Below are positions 36,901 to 49,324 of a stretch of DNA of 64,000 bases, in pieces; within the stretch, counting starts at the first letter, position 1; each line of letters opens with the position of its first letter. The notes under the pieces were generated by a model. That model was not told where the DNA came from and made no database searches. It saw only the letters and a program-made list of their open reading frames with translations. Location of the stretch: positions 124,445 to 188,444 of the forward strand of contig WELA01001243.1 of assembly GCA_009602735.1 (NCBI GenBank), in the 5' to 3' direction. The stretch comes from Mesotaenium endlicherianum. Taxonomy: Eukaryota. A program made the position numbers and the translations under genes.

Positions 36901-39900
36901 GAATGCGGCAAGAATTGCTGTTGCAGGGGCGAGAGAGACTGTTGAGGTCACTACTCAGCGGGTGGATGCAACTGCTGTTGCTGCATTTGCTAGACTCCCA
37001 CGTCAGAATGTAAATTTAGGAGCATTATTTGTGCAAATGCAATCGCAAATGGCGAGCATGTATTAGTCCCAACAGGAGGACAAAAGAATCATAATGTCTC
37101 TGCTGCGGGACAGAGACCAACTGGGTTCACAAACCACTGGTGGTGGTGGCAAAGGGCCTAGTAAGCCTAAGCCAAAACCTCCCCAGGACTATGATCATGA
37201 GGGAAACAAAAAGTATTACCTGATCAAGTTTCTCGCTGATGTTGAGCAGTGGCTGGAGAACTAGCCAGAATTGCAAGATTACGAGAAGGTCAGGCACACC
37301 GGTGCGCTACTGAAAGGCAGTGCCGCGGACTGGTGGCTTTACTGGAAAGGCGAGCATAAGGCTCGGCAACTCGGTGACCCTACGTGGGTAGAGTTTGTCG
37401 AGAAGTTGCATGAGAAGTTTGATGTCATCAACCAGCAGGAGAAAGCTATCTATGCGATGATCTCCCTGACACTGAAGCAGACCACTTCAGTTGCTGAGTT
37501 TGCTCAAAAGTTCCAAGAGAACATGATGAAGCAGCCACATTTGCCAGAACGGTATAGGATAGCATACTTCAGGTATGGCTTGAAATCCGAGACCAACTGG
37601 GTTCGCAAACCACTGGTGGTGGTGGCAAAGGGCCTAGTAAGCCTAAGCCAAAACCTCCCCAGGACTATGATCATGAGGGAAACAAAAAGTATTACCTGAT
37701 CAAGTTTCTTGCTGATGTTGAGTAGTGGCTGGAGAACTACCCAAAATTGCAAGATTACGAGAAGGTCTAGCACACTGGTGCTCTACTGAAAGGCAGTGCA
37801 GCAAACTGGTGGCTGTATTGGATAGGAGAGCGTAAGGCTCAGCAACTCGGTGACCCTACTTGGGTAGAGTTTGTCGAGAAACTGCATGAGAAGTTTGATG
37901 TGATCAATTAGCAGGAGAAAGCTATCTATGCAATGATCTCCTTAACACAAAAGCAGACCACTTCAGTTGCTGAGTTTGCTCAAAAGTTCGAGGAGAATAT
38001 GATGAAGCAGCCAAATTTGCCAGAGCAGTATAGGATAGCATACTTCAGGTATGGCTTGAAATTCGAAGTCTCAGGTCATTTTGCTGAAAAGAAATATAAG
38101 AAACTGGCTGACTTGATCCAAGACGCTGATGCCTGGAATCAGCAGCACTTCAATCACAAGCGCTAGGGTAATGCTTTGGTGTCTAACCTTTATGGGTGCT
38201 ATGAATGACATTTTCAAACCTTACTTGGATAAGTTTGTGCAAGTATTCTTTGATGATAGTTTAATTTTCTTTGAAAATGAAGCTGAGCAATGTGAGCACT
38301 TAAAGACACTCGTGGACACTCTGAGAAGGAATCAGTTATATGCTAAAATGAGCAAGTGTGATTCCTTTAAGGAAAGTATTGAATTCTTGGACCACGTTGT
38401 CAGTAAGGAAGGCATCAGTGTGGATCTTACGAAAGTCCAGACCATAAGGGACTGGCCAGTACCACAATCTGTCTCGAAAGTTAGATCCTTCCTTGGATTG
38501 GCTAACTACTATAGGAGATTCATTGAGAATTATTCTACAAAGGCCAGTAAACTGACTGACCTTACTAAGGACATAGGGTATGTGTGGGAGGAAGAGCAGA
38601 AAGCTGCCTTCCAGACCCTTAAAGATGCTCTCTTTTCTGCCCCAATCTTAGCTGTGTATGACCCCAGTAAACATGTGCAGGTGGTTACTGATGCTTCTGA
38701 CTTTGCCATGGGTGCTATTTTATTACAGCCTGCTGACAAAACCACAAAGGATGGGAAGGTAAACCAGGAGTGGCACCCTGTGGTGTATGAGTCTATTAAA
38801 TTCAATCCAGCTAAAATTAACTATTCCGTGCATGATAAAGAGCTGCTTGCTATCATTCATGTGCTCAAACAGTGGAGAGCATACTTACATGGTAAGGCTT
38901 TTAAGGTGATTACAGATTATCTAGCTCTGACTCACTTCCTGAAGAAGTCTAAGCTGTCCAGGAGGGAAAATCTCTGGAGCCAAATGCTGGAGCAATTTCA
39001 AGTCCAGATTGACTACAAACCAGGGAAGTTGAATCCTGCTGATGCACTCTCTAGACAATCTGACCTGCAAGAAAGGAACTTTAGTCAGCATGCTGTAGAT
39101 AAAGTCCTTCGTGCACTCACTTCACTAAAGGTGAAAATGTCCTTCCTTGAACAACTTAGCCTACCTTTCTGACCCAACATTTGAGCCCAGCCCCACTGGT
39201 GGTGTGTGTCCTGCTATTGCACTCGGGTATAGGCTAAAGGGAGGGGTCTGGGGTAACTGAAACCACTTCACGCAGGCTGGAGCTGGTCATTCCTAATAAC
39301 TTGGAAATAAGGTCACTCTTGCTGAGTCAAGCACATGACAGTTTACTGGGTGGGCATTTAGGGCAGGCCAAAATTGTTGGCAAACTTGCAAAACATGATC
39401 ATTGGGATGAAATACCTCGAGAGGTCTTGAAATATGTGGTCAGTGTCAAAAAAATAAGTCTAGGCACATACCACCCGGGGGGCTATTATAACCACTACCC
39501 ATCCCAGCTGGACGCTGGAAAACAATATCCATGGACTGGGTGGTAATATTTCCTGGAACTGCCAATGGGCATGATTCGATACTGGTAGTAGTGGATAAAC
39601 TGACAAAAATGGTCATTTTCATCCCCACCACTGTCAAAGTAACTACAGTCGAAACTACGAGACAGTTATACAATCATGTAGTATGCCAACATGGGCTACT
39701 CTCTAATAATATCTCAGACAGAGACTCATAATTTACCTCTAAGTTCTGGAGAGCTTTAATGGGGTTAATGGGAGTCAAACAGCTGCTCAGCACAATAAAC
39801 CTCCCTCAGACGGATGGGCAGATTGAAAAAACCAACCGAATTTTGCAACAACTAATGAGAGCATATATTAACCAAAAACAGGATAATAAAGATGCCCTGT

Positions 39901-42533
39901 TGCCTCACATTCAATTTGCGATCAACAGCGCGGTGCATGCGTCAACGGGAAAGCCTCCTTTTGAACTTACTCTGGATAGAGTCCCCAAGTCCCCTTTAGA
40001 TATACTAGGGGAGTCTTTAACTCACCCTGAGGAGATTGACAATCCGGTGTCGCTCCTGTTAACTCAGGAGTTTGTTGACACCCTATTAGAAGTCCAACAC
40101 AATCTGCACAAAGCCCAAAAAAATCAACAAAATTACGCTATTCAACACCGTCAGAAGCTGACATTTTCAAAGGGCAATTTGGTCAAACTGCATTCTCAAC
40201 ACCTGTACCTGCCTGGTGTGGTCAAGAAAAAGCTTGGTCCGGTCTGGGTCGGTCCATATATGGTGGTGCGCCGTGTCGGTCAAAATGCTTACAAACTGAA
40301 CATGTCAGCTAAATACAAGGGTCACCCAATCTTTAATGTCTCCTTTCTGGAACCATACATCAAAGGTGACACACTGTTCACAGGTCGGTTACCTGTCTAT
40401 TAGGACCGGTCCCCGCTGTTCGAGAAGGTGACCCTGAGAAATATGAGGTTGATGAGATTTTAGAAGCTCGCTCTGTCTATCGATCATCTAAATATGTCAT
40501 GAAAAATTTGGTCAGATGGAAGGATTACAATGCCTCTGGGGACACCTGGAAATTTTAGGACCATTTGACCAATGCCGAAGGGGCGTTGTAACGATTTTAC
40601 CTTTGGGAGGCTGGGACACCTCTCTAATTGTCATTTCAGGTGACATGGGAAGGTGACAGGAGATCTTGTCTTCATTTAAGTTGGAGGGGAAATGTGGCCA
40701 AACGTGGCCTAAAGTGACAGTTAGTGACGGAAAGTGACAGTATTTGACAGGGAGTGACAGTTGTGACGGGCAACCCAGTGACAGCTGAAACGGGCAACCC
40801 ACCTCAAACATTAAGTTGGAGGGAGTGGGATAAATATCTCAAAAACTAGCCGATTATCGATTGCCGTTGCATATTCATCCGTGACACTCAATTGCGCTCA
40901 CACTCACTTCTCTCTCTAGGAACACTTGCCCTTTCAATTCACTTACACCAGGTATTGCATGTCCTAACTCCCTCTACTACGTTCTTCCCTGTCAAAGTAC
41001 TCAATCCTGTGCATGATATCATGACTACACTAACCCCATTGTGGTATGAACGAGCAGGATGACTCAATTGTTTGAACTCAAGAGAAAAAGAAGGGCGGAC
41101 GAGGCACAAGCGGAGTACAAGGAATTCCATGTCGACATCAAACCATCCTCCATCTCTTCTCCAAAATCAGAGCGACTCCAACTACAGCGGAAGGCTCAGA
41201 AGAGGAAGGAGGAGGAGGAACAGGCCAGGTTGAGACAGGAAGAGCAGAACAAAAAAGCTGCAGAGAAAGCCAAGAAGGCGGAGGAACAAAGGTTTGCTGA
41301 GGAGAGGCAGAAGCAGCAGGTTGAGGAGGAACATAGGAGAATCAAAATCTACTGCTACACGGTGATGGGCAAGGGCTTTGACAAAGCTGACAGAAGGGCT
41401 GCCAAGGAGGCAGCCAGAGGGCAACCAGCATCTCCCTCTCATAAAGGGCATGTACCATTAGCTCATGTCATGCAGCACCCCTCCGTTATGCCAGTGTATG
41501 TCCTTGCCAGTTTGAGAGCTGCACAAGAGAGAGCGGTCTCCATCAACTTGCAGACAATGCAAGAGCAGGCTGCCCAGTTGCTGCGTTCACTCCTCGGTTG
41601 ACCCTGGTCTAAGCCTCCAGGTTTCAGGAGACTATCAGATAGGAGAAGCAGATCCGGTTCCAGGTCTCGCTCCCCAGAAGACCGAGCCCCTGGTACTTAG
41701 TTTGCTGTTGTCTTTGTTTTAAGTTCAGTTGATTGTGTTGCATGTGTGTTACTTGGCAGTAAATAATATAGAAGTGTTGTCTAGTCGACAACAATTTAAG
41801 TTGGAGGGATTGTAATGAGTCAATATATTGGATAGGTATAATATTCATTTAGATATGATAGTTAAATAACTTCAACCTGCTCAACTTTAGTTAATATTAA
41901 TTGTGCAGGATAATTGATACTTAGTTAAATGACTCAGCCGAGAGTAGCAGGCTGAAGTCCATTAGGTCAGCCTGTTGACTTGGGTCAGCTTGCTGCCACA
42001 TTCTTTGACAATCAGCTGGCTGCCGTACTCGGCAGCAGCAAACTGCCTAGCTATGCATCTAAGTGTGGTCTGCTAGATGAGTGGCCAAATGACACCCTTA
42101 AGGTGGATGGCGATTCGAGATGAAGGAAGATGGTTGTGGATTTGGTTAGCCGAGGTCCTACCAACGTGGTTAACTTCCGGGTAGGCGGTGCCATCGCACT
42201 TGCCGTTGAACAGTAAACTCATTTCATGTACATATGCTAGGTGTTGGTCTCGAGTCCAGCATTCGAATACGAGGCCAACTCCCTATTGAGATATATTTGA
42301 ATCCAAGGCGAGAAGCCATTGATACGCACTGTCTTCTAGCCTTGCTTATGTATGAGTTTACGGATTGCATTATTGATGCTCGTTTACTTGCATTTGACCT
42401 GCGAGTATTGTCCACCGCTAGTCTGTTTGTCTTTGCTGTTTAATCAGATAACAGTAAATACCATAAAGATTACTTGCTGATATACAAATCTTCATTAATT
42501 GTTAATGGCCTGTTGGAAAGTTGATTCATTTCA

Positions 42534-43990
42534 ACCATGCCAGGACCCCACAAGCCGTCTGACTGAGGTCAAAAGGCATAGGAGGAAGGTTGGCTAACAA
42601 AGGTAGGGAAAGCACGGCGTGGCTAAGTGGGGAGGTTTAGCGAGCATTGGGAAGGGTGATTGGGTAAAAGACAGGCATAGGAAGGAGGTGGGAGGGAAGA
42701 ATAGTAGTGACCAGCTGACGGTGGGGCCAGCTGTGGACGGCCAGGGCGGCAGCGTGAAGATCGGGTTGAGGTGCGAGGTTGGTCCAGTAGATGCGGGAGC
42801 AGGGGGCGTAGGCCCCAACAGCGGTAGCGTCAAGGAGAACGCCAGGGCCGAGGATGGCAGTGATGTAGGCGAAGTCAGCACGGACATTGGCGCGGCGGTC
42901 GTCTCCAGAGGGGACGTTGTCAAGCAAATATGCAGGAGAAGGTAAAGGACCGACCTGGAGCACCTGGAGAATGCCAATGAGCTCATGGAAGAGACGAGAG
43001 CGAGGATCAGCAAGGCCAAGGCCGTGGCTGGCCTGAGAGTGCCCTTGGCACTTCCAGTCGGCCACGACCAAATCAATGTGCCCTAAGGGCAGAAGGTTGT
43101 CGGGGTCGAGCAGGCGAATGTCTTGGGGTAGGGCGGCATGAACGGAGGCATAAGCAGTGGACGAGAGGAGGGTGGGGAAGTGTGTAGTGAGCAAGCGGAG
43201 ATGGTGATAGCTAGCAGCGCGTGCAGTAGGGTCCTGATCACAGTAAAAGTAGCGGTGAATAGGGATGTTGTTATGCAACAATGCAGCGATTGGTGTGGAG
43301 AGGCCTGCGAAGAGGTTGAGCACAACGAGGCCTTGAGGAGGGACTGTGAGTGGGTGGAGAGTGATGTCAAGGGTGCTTGGAAGAGATGATGGGGGAGGGG
43401 GGAGAGGGGGCAAAAGGGCAGGGTAGGCCAAGGCATATTCAGCTTGGGTGTGTGCGGCGCGCAGATGGGTGGATGGTTCATAGATGGCGACGCATGCATG
43501 GACATAGGTGACTGAAGTAGCAGTCTGGGCTGATGTGGCTGCAGAAGGTGTGAGAGTAAGGTGCATAGGCAGGTAACCGACATGTTGGCCCACGCCATGC
43601 AATTTGACTCGGTAGTGTGCTTGCTGAGTCCACGAGTCAACGGTGAGGCCTAAGGGCAAATTAAACTTCCGACTTAGTAAAAGATCGTAAGAGGTTGCAT
43701 CAGTGATGACACACTGGGCGAACAAGGTGACAGCGTCCTGGGCGCCAGGGTTAAAAAAAGATGGCCAGGCGACGTTTAGTGAGGTGCACTGGTTGGGTAG
43801 AACTTTTGAGCGCAGTGGCCATGTGCAAGTCACTATTGATCATGTCTGCGCCAGTAAGCCCCAGTAACTGGCAAAGGCGCGCCGAGCAAAACGGGCTGGG
43901 CGCCGGTGTCAATGACGACCAGGCCAGGGGCGACGCCGCTGACTGTGACCACAGCACGGGTGTTATCTACACGTGCATTCGACGGACGGA
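42534..43990 (-). pseudogene. Second, divergent protease plus C5 DNA methyltransferase fragment of a Gypsy-type pol
   Basis: LVVIDTGAQPVLLG protease; motif I VVLNLFAGL; IV HIDLVVADWKCQGHS; VI YLLDNV; VIII LDATAVGAYAPCSRIYWTNL; RRAFPTFVS; truncated by LTR A at 42533. Confidence 0.88.
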
Positions 43991-44034
43991 GTTGAAAACA
44001 AGAACAGCGAGTACTGGGCCGAGCAAGGGGACGC

Positions 44035-45074
44035 GGCTGAGAGCTGCAGAGGAGAGGGCTATCTCCATCAACTTGCAGACTGTGCAAGAGGAGGCTACCT
44101 AATTGCTACGTTCTCCTCTCGGTTCACCTTGGTTTGAACCCCCAAGTTTCAGGAGACCACCAGGTAGGAGAAGAAGGTCCAGGTTCAGGTCCCGCTCCCC
44201 AGAGGATAGAGCCCCTGGTACTTAGTATGCTGATTGTCCTTGTTTAGAGTCAGTATGCTCTAATGTGCATGTTTTTTACTTTGTTGCAGTCAAATAGTTA
44301 ACAGGTGTTGTTTAGTTGACAACAATTGAAGTTGGAGGAATTGTTATGAATCAGTATATTGGATAGATATAATATTTATTTAAACATAATAAATAAATAA
44401 ATTCAGCCTGCTGAACTTTAGTTAATATTGAGTCTGCTGGATTTTTAATACTTCATTCAGTGACTGAGCTGGGAGAAGCAGGCTGAAATCAATTAGGTCA
44501 GCCTGTTGACTTAGGTCAGCTTGCTGACACATTCTTTGACAGTCAGCTGACTGCCGTACTTGGTAGCAGCGAACTGCCTAGTTATGCATCTAAGTGTGGT
44601 GTGCTAGATGAGTGGCCAAATGACACCCTTAAGGTGGATGGCGATTCAGGATGATGGGAGATGGCTGTGGATTTGGTTAGCCGAGGTCCCACCGACGAGG
44701 TTAACTCCCGGGTAGGTGGTGCCATCACACTTGCCGATGAACGGTAAACTCATTCCATGTACATATGCTAGGTATTGCTCTCGAGTTCGGCATTCGGAAA
44801 CGAGGCCAACTCTCTTGTACCGCTTACTGAGAGATATCTAAATTCAAGGCGAGAAGCCATCGATGCAAACTGTCTTCTAACCTTGCTTATGTATGAGTTT
44901 ACTGATTGCATGATTGATGCTCGTTTACTTGCATTTGACTTATGAGTGTTATATACTGCTAGTGTATTGTCTTTTGCTGTTAAATCAATTAACAAAAATT
45001 ACCATAAGAATTACTTGATGAATAAAGATCTATTATTAATTGTCAATCGCCTATTGGTAAGTCAATTCGATTCA
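44035..45074 (+). mobile_element. 3' end of another family A element (ORF3 tail, purine tract, LTR 44342-45074)
   Basis: 44035-44341 parallels 41510-41810; followed by an LTR A copy. Confidence 0.85.
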
Positions 45075-45145
45075 CCAACCGACCCACAATACATGTCAAC
45101 ACATGGATGGGTATTTTTGCACGTGCCCACCTTAGGGCCCAAAAT

Positions 45146-47065
45146 TGCCTCCTTAGGCTCATAATGCTTTTGCACAGGGATTTGCCACTCTTTCACCAGC
45201 TTCTTGTGCACAAAGTTTGCACTTGCGCCACTGTCGACCATACACTTCGCCTTGTTGCCGTCGACCGCTCCTTCCACGATGATAGGCTTGTCAACGTCTC
45301 GTCTTTTGCTTCTCGGCAGGCTCCTGGGGATAACCTCCTTGTGAGTTCTCGTCTTCACGCCAGTAGACACCCCAGAACGACTTACTGGCGTCCTCCTTTT
45401 TCCTGCTGTTGAGGTTGCTTCGCCTTCACATGACAGTCTCGAGCCAGATGTCCAAGCTTGCCGCAATTATAGCAGGGTCCTCTCGGCTTGAAATTCTGCT
45501 GCCTGCGCTGGTACTGCACAAGTCCCAACTCCATGGGTACTGGACCTTGAACACTCGTGCTTGGCGCTTGAGATCCAAAGTGTCGATATCCTCCAAAGTT
45601 GTGGCTGCCCCACTGCCTCTGACTATACTCCACGGCGTCGACCCTTGTTGCCAATGCCATCATTTCTCCAAGACTGGTAGGGTCCTTGAGCGCCACTTCC
45701 TTGGCCACAGTTGGCTTGAGTTTCCTCTTGAACTTGTCCATCATCTCTGACTCGTGCATGGATGGGCATTGAAGCACCAGCTCGTTGAAGCGCGAAACGT
45801 ACTCCTGAACGCTTGCTCGTTGACGAAGGCGCACCAATAGATCTCGAGCGGTAGCCTCGGGCGCAATAGGTTTGAATTGCCTCTTCAAGCCTTCAAAGAG
45901 CTGATCAACAGTAGCAGGAACTCCAGACAACTGCTCTTCTCGTTCATACCAAGCTCCAGCACTCTTCTGCAGCAAAGTTATGACAAAGGCGACTTGCCTG
46001 TCGGGCGTGAGCGCAGAATACTCCATAAACTTCTTCACTCCAAAAATCCATTGATGAACAGGCGGCGATCCACGCTCTCCAGTATAAACTTCAGGCTTAG
46101 GCGCACGCACTCCTGATGCGGGTGGAATAACTGGTTGCACCACTGGGTTAACATGAATCGGTGGTACAACAGGTGCAGGTGCCGAACTCGTCGAAGCGGC
46201 GTTCCCCATAACAACTCGCACCATTCTCTCCACCTCCGCGCGCATATTTTGTTGAAACTGGGTGTAGACTTCTCCTCCAATTGCATTTGCCATTTGCCTT
46301 AGCATCGCCTGCATCTCTTGTTGCTCTCTGGTCATTGTTGGTGCTGCCTGCTGCCCCGCGCGCTCAACATGCTCGACATGTTCGCCTCCTCCAGCTGCCG
46401 GCTGCGACTCCATAATATAATATGCAAACTAGCCCTGCTCCGATACCAGATGAAAGGGGCAGAGTGCCCTAGTGGAAGCGTAGTGACTCACGAGGAAAGG
46501 AACTAGTTGCCATCATACTAGAGAGTGCAGCGGCATATCACTAACAAAGCTTAGGAAAATTACTCAACATTTTGAGTAGCAGGAAACTGCTCACAAATGA
46601 TGTAGGATGAAAGGCCTTGTCATTACAAACCCGTAGAAATTTACAAAAGTGAAAACTGTTGAGAAACAAAGAAGTTATGCCTATTTATAATTTTCTGCCT
46701 AAGTGCTCCTCCCTAGGAGGAAGCTACGGATTTTTCCTAAGTGTTCGTCAAATCGTCCCTTCCAGAATATTCGTGAGTAAGCCAGATCAGTCTAATCTGA
46801 CGTGTCGCGCCGAATTGACGTCCACATACATGCATCGACATTACTAGAATATTCTATCTTAGACGCGCTAGGCTAAACCAAAACTTCTAGGTAAATCGAC
46901 CTAGTCGGCACTCCGCGTCAGCCGAACTTACGTGAAGGTTCGAGTTCATTCTAACGGGCCAGATCGCTCGACGCTGTCGGTCAATCCGACGGTCGCGCTC
47001 ACCGCGAATTAAGGACAGTCGTCAACCGACCTCAAAACTAATTAAACTTCGGAAATCCGGAACTC
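45146..47065 (-). mobile_element. Truncated family B element: partial LTR 46451-47065, PBS, intact gag, protease start
   Basis: Near-identical to 56880-58810; PBS TGGTATCGGAGC on the minus strand at 46437-46448. Confidence 0.9.
45382..46413 (-). CDS. gag, family B (343 aa)
   Basis: LLQKSAGAWY, LRQRASVQEYVSRF, GPVPMELG, knuckle CYNCGKLGHLARDC. Confidence 0.93.
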   Translation of the reverse strand: MESQPAAGGGEHVEHVERAGQQAAPTMTREQQEMQAMLRQMANAIGGEVYTQFQQNMRAEVERMVRVVMGNAASTSSAPAPVVPPIHVNPVVQPVIPPASGVRAPKPEVYTGERGSPPVHQWIFGVKKFMEYSALTPDRQVAFVITLLQKSAGAWYEREEQLSGVPATVDQLFEGLKRQFKPIAPEATARDLLVRLRQRASVQEYVSRFNELVLQCPSMHESEMMDKFKRKLKPTVAKEVALKDPTSLGEMMALATRVDAVEYSQRQWGSHNFGGYRHFGSQAPSTSVQGPVPMELGLVQYQRRQQNFKPRGPCYNCGKLGHLARDCHVKAKQPQQQEKGGRQ

Positions 47066-47070
47066 ATATA

Positions 47071-48533
47071 TTTATAAAGTGGAATTTTTGAGTTTCATAA
47101 AAGTATGTTTTGATTGCACAATAGTGTAGAATGCATTTTTGTGGTCATTTTGATATAAAGTTCATCAAATTTGGTCATGTATTGAGAGAGTTATGGATTT
47201 CTAAAGTTTAATTAGTTTTTAGGTCGGTTGACGACTGTCCTTAATTCGCGGTGAGCGCGACCGTCGGATTGACCAACAGCGTCAAGCAATTTGGCACGTT
47301 AGAGTGAACTCGAACCTTCACGTAAATTCGGCTGGCGCGGAGTGCCGACTAGTCAATTACCTAGAAGTTTCGATTTAGCCTAGCGCGCCTAAGATATAAT
47401 ATTCTAGATATTTCGATGCATGCATGTGGACGTCAAATCAACCCGACACGTCAGATGAGACTGATCTGGCTTACTCACGAATATTCTGGAAGGGACGATT
47501 TGACAAACACTTAGGAAAATCCGTTGCTAAGCGGCCCTCCCGTCTAGAGAGGAGGACTAAGGTCAGAAAACTATAAATAGGCATAACTACTTCATTTCTT
47601 ATCAATTTTCACTTCTGTAAGTTTCTACGGGTTTGTAATGACAAGGCCTTCCATCCTACATCATTTGTGAGCAGTTTCTTGCTACTCAAAATGTTGAGTA
47701 ATTATTTTAAGCTTTCTTAGCAATATGCCGCTGCTGTAATGAATCAGTATACTGGTTTTTATATATTCATTTAAATATAACAGTTATTAAGTTCAGTCTG
47801 CTAAACTCTAGTTAATAGTCAGTCTGCTGGATAATATATTTAACATCAGCTTAATGACTGAGCCAAAAGCAGCAGGCTGAAGTCAACTTAAGTCAGCCCG
47901 CTGACACATTCTTTGCCAGCCAGCTGACTTTCGTACTCGGTCGCAGCGAACTGCCTCGATATGCATCTAGGTGTGGTGTGCTAGATGAATGGCCAGATGA
48001 CATCCTTAGGATGGATGGCCATTCGAGATGATGGGAGATGGCGGTGGATTTGGTTAATCGAGGTCCTGCCAGCGTGGTTAACTCCCGGGTAGGCGGTGCA
48101 ACCGCACTTGCCGTTGAACAGTAAACTCATTCCATGTACATATGCTAGGCATTGCTCTCGAGTTCGGCATTCGGAAACGAGGCCAAGTCTCTTGTACAGC
48201 TTATTGAGAGGGATCTGAATCCAAGGCAAGAAGCTATTGACACGCACTGTCTTCTAACCTTGCTTATGTATGAGTTTATTGATTGCATCATTGATGCTAG
48301 TTTACTCGCATTTGACTTACGAGTGTTGTTCACTGCTAGTGTGATGTCGTTTTGCCGTTTAATCAGATAACGGAAAATCCATAAAGAGTACTTGCTGATA
48401 TAAAGATCTTTATTAATTGTTAATCACCTATTTGGTAAGTCGATTCATTTCAGCTGCACTCTTGAGTATGATTGCAGCTAGCATTGTTCCTCATTAGTCA
48501 CTACGCTTCCACTTGGGCACTCTGCCCCTTTCA
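47071..48533 (+). mobile_element. LTR family B in opposite orientation, split by a solo LTR A
   Basis: Reverse complement of 53328-54056; ends GCCCCTTTCA at 48533. Confidence 0.88.
47735..48452 (+). mobile_element. Solo LTR, family A
   Basis: TGTAATGAATC...CATTTCA; perfect TSD GCTGC. Confidence 0.93.
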
Positions 48534-49324
48534 CTCCATGTCTTGGGAGTTGCTAGTTTGAGACCTTGTCCTGACCATACAAAGAAAATTGTGATAACCG
48601 CTCCGATACCACTGAAATGAATTGACTTACCAAATAGGCGATTAACAATTAATGAAGTCTTTATATCAGCAAGTAATCTTTATGGTATTTACTATTAGTT
48701 GATTAAAAAGACACCACACTAGCAGTGGATAATACTCGCAAGTCAAATGGAAAAAAAAATACTAGCATCAATAATGCAAACAGTAAACTCATACATAAGC
48801 AAGGCTAGAAGACAGTGCGCATCAATGGCTTCTCGCCTTGGATTCAGATATCTCTCAGTAGGCAGTACAAGAGAGTTGGCCTCGCTTCCGTATGCCAAAA
48901 CCGAGAGCAATCCTATCATATGTACATGGAATGAGTTTATCGTCTAACGGCAAGTGCGATGGCACCGCCTACCCGGGAGTTGACCACATTAGCAGAACCT
49001 CGGTTAACCAGATCCACCGCCATCTTCCATCATCCCGAATCGCCATCCATCCTAAGGATGTCATCTGGCCATTCATCTAGCATACCACACTTAGATGCAT
49101 ATCTAGGCAATTTGCTGCTACCAAGAAAGTCAGCTAGCTGTCAAAAGAATGTGTCAGCAAGCTGACTTAAGTTGACTTCAGCCTGCTGCTTCCGGCTGAG
49201 TCATTGAACTGATATTTTCATGAAGTCCAACAGACTGAGTAATTACTAAAGTTCAGCAGGCTGAACTTAATTAACTATTATATATAAATGAATATTATAT
49301 TGACCAATATACTAATTCATTACA
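48534..49324 (-). mobile_element. 5' end of an inverted family A element (LTR 48613-49324, PBS, first gag codons)
   Basis: Reverse complement of LTR A followed by TGGTATCGGAGC and ATGGTCAGGACAAGG; cut by LTR B. Confidence 0.88.

Larger units (their letters stand above)
25460..42533 (+). mobile_element. Older, degenerate family A chromovirus (5' LTR split by nested insertions)
   Basis: 5' LTR 25460-25695 plus 35993-36492; PBS TGGTATCGGAGC 36494-36505; gag with internal duplication (~37110-38185); deletion joining gag to mid-RT at ~38187; RT/RH/INT/chromo with stops; deleted ORF3 41059-41601; 3' LTR 41811-42533. No matching TSD. Confidence 0.85.

Noticed and set aside
25455..48457. GCTGC before 25460 and after 48452 read as the TSD of one giant element
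   Set aside because: The solo LTR at 47735-48452 has GCTGC on both of its own sides within LTR B, so the match is coincidental.
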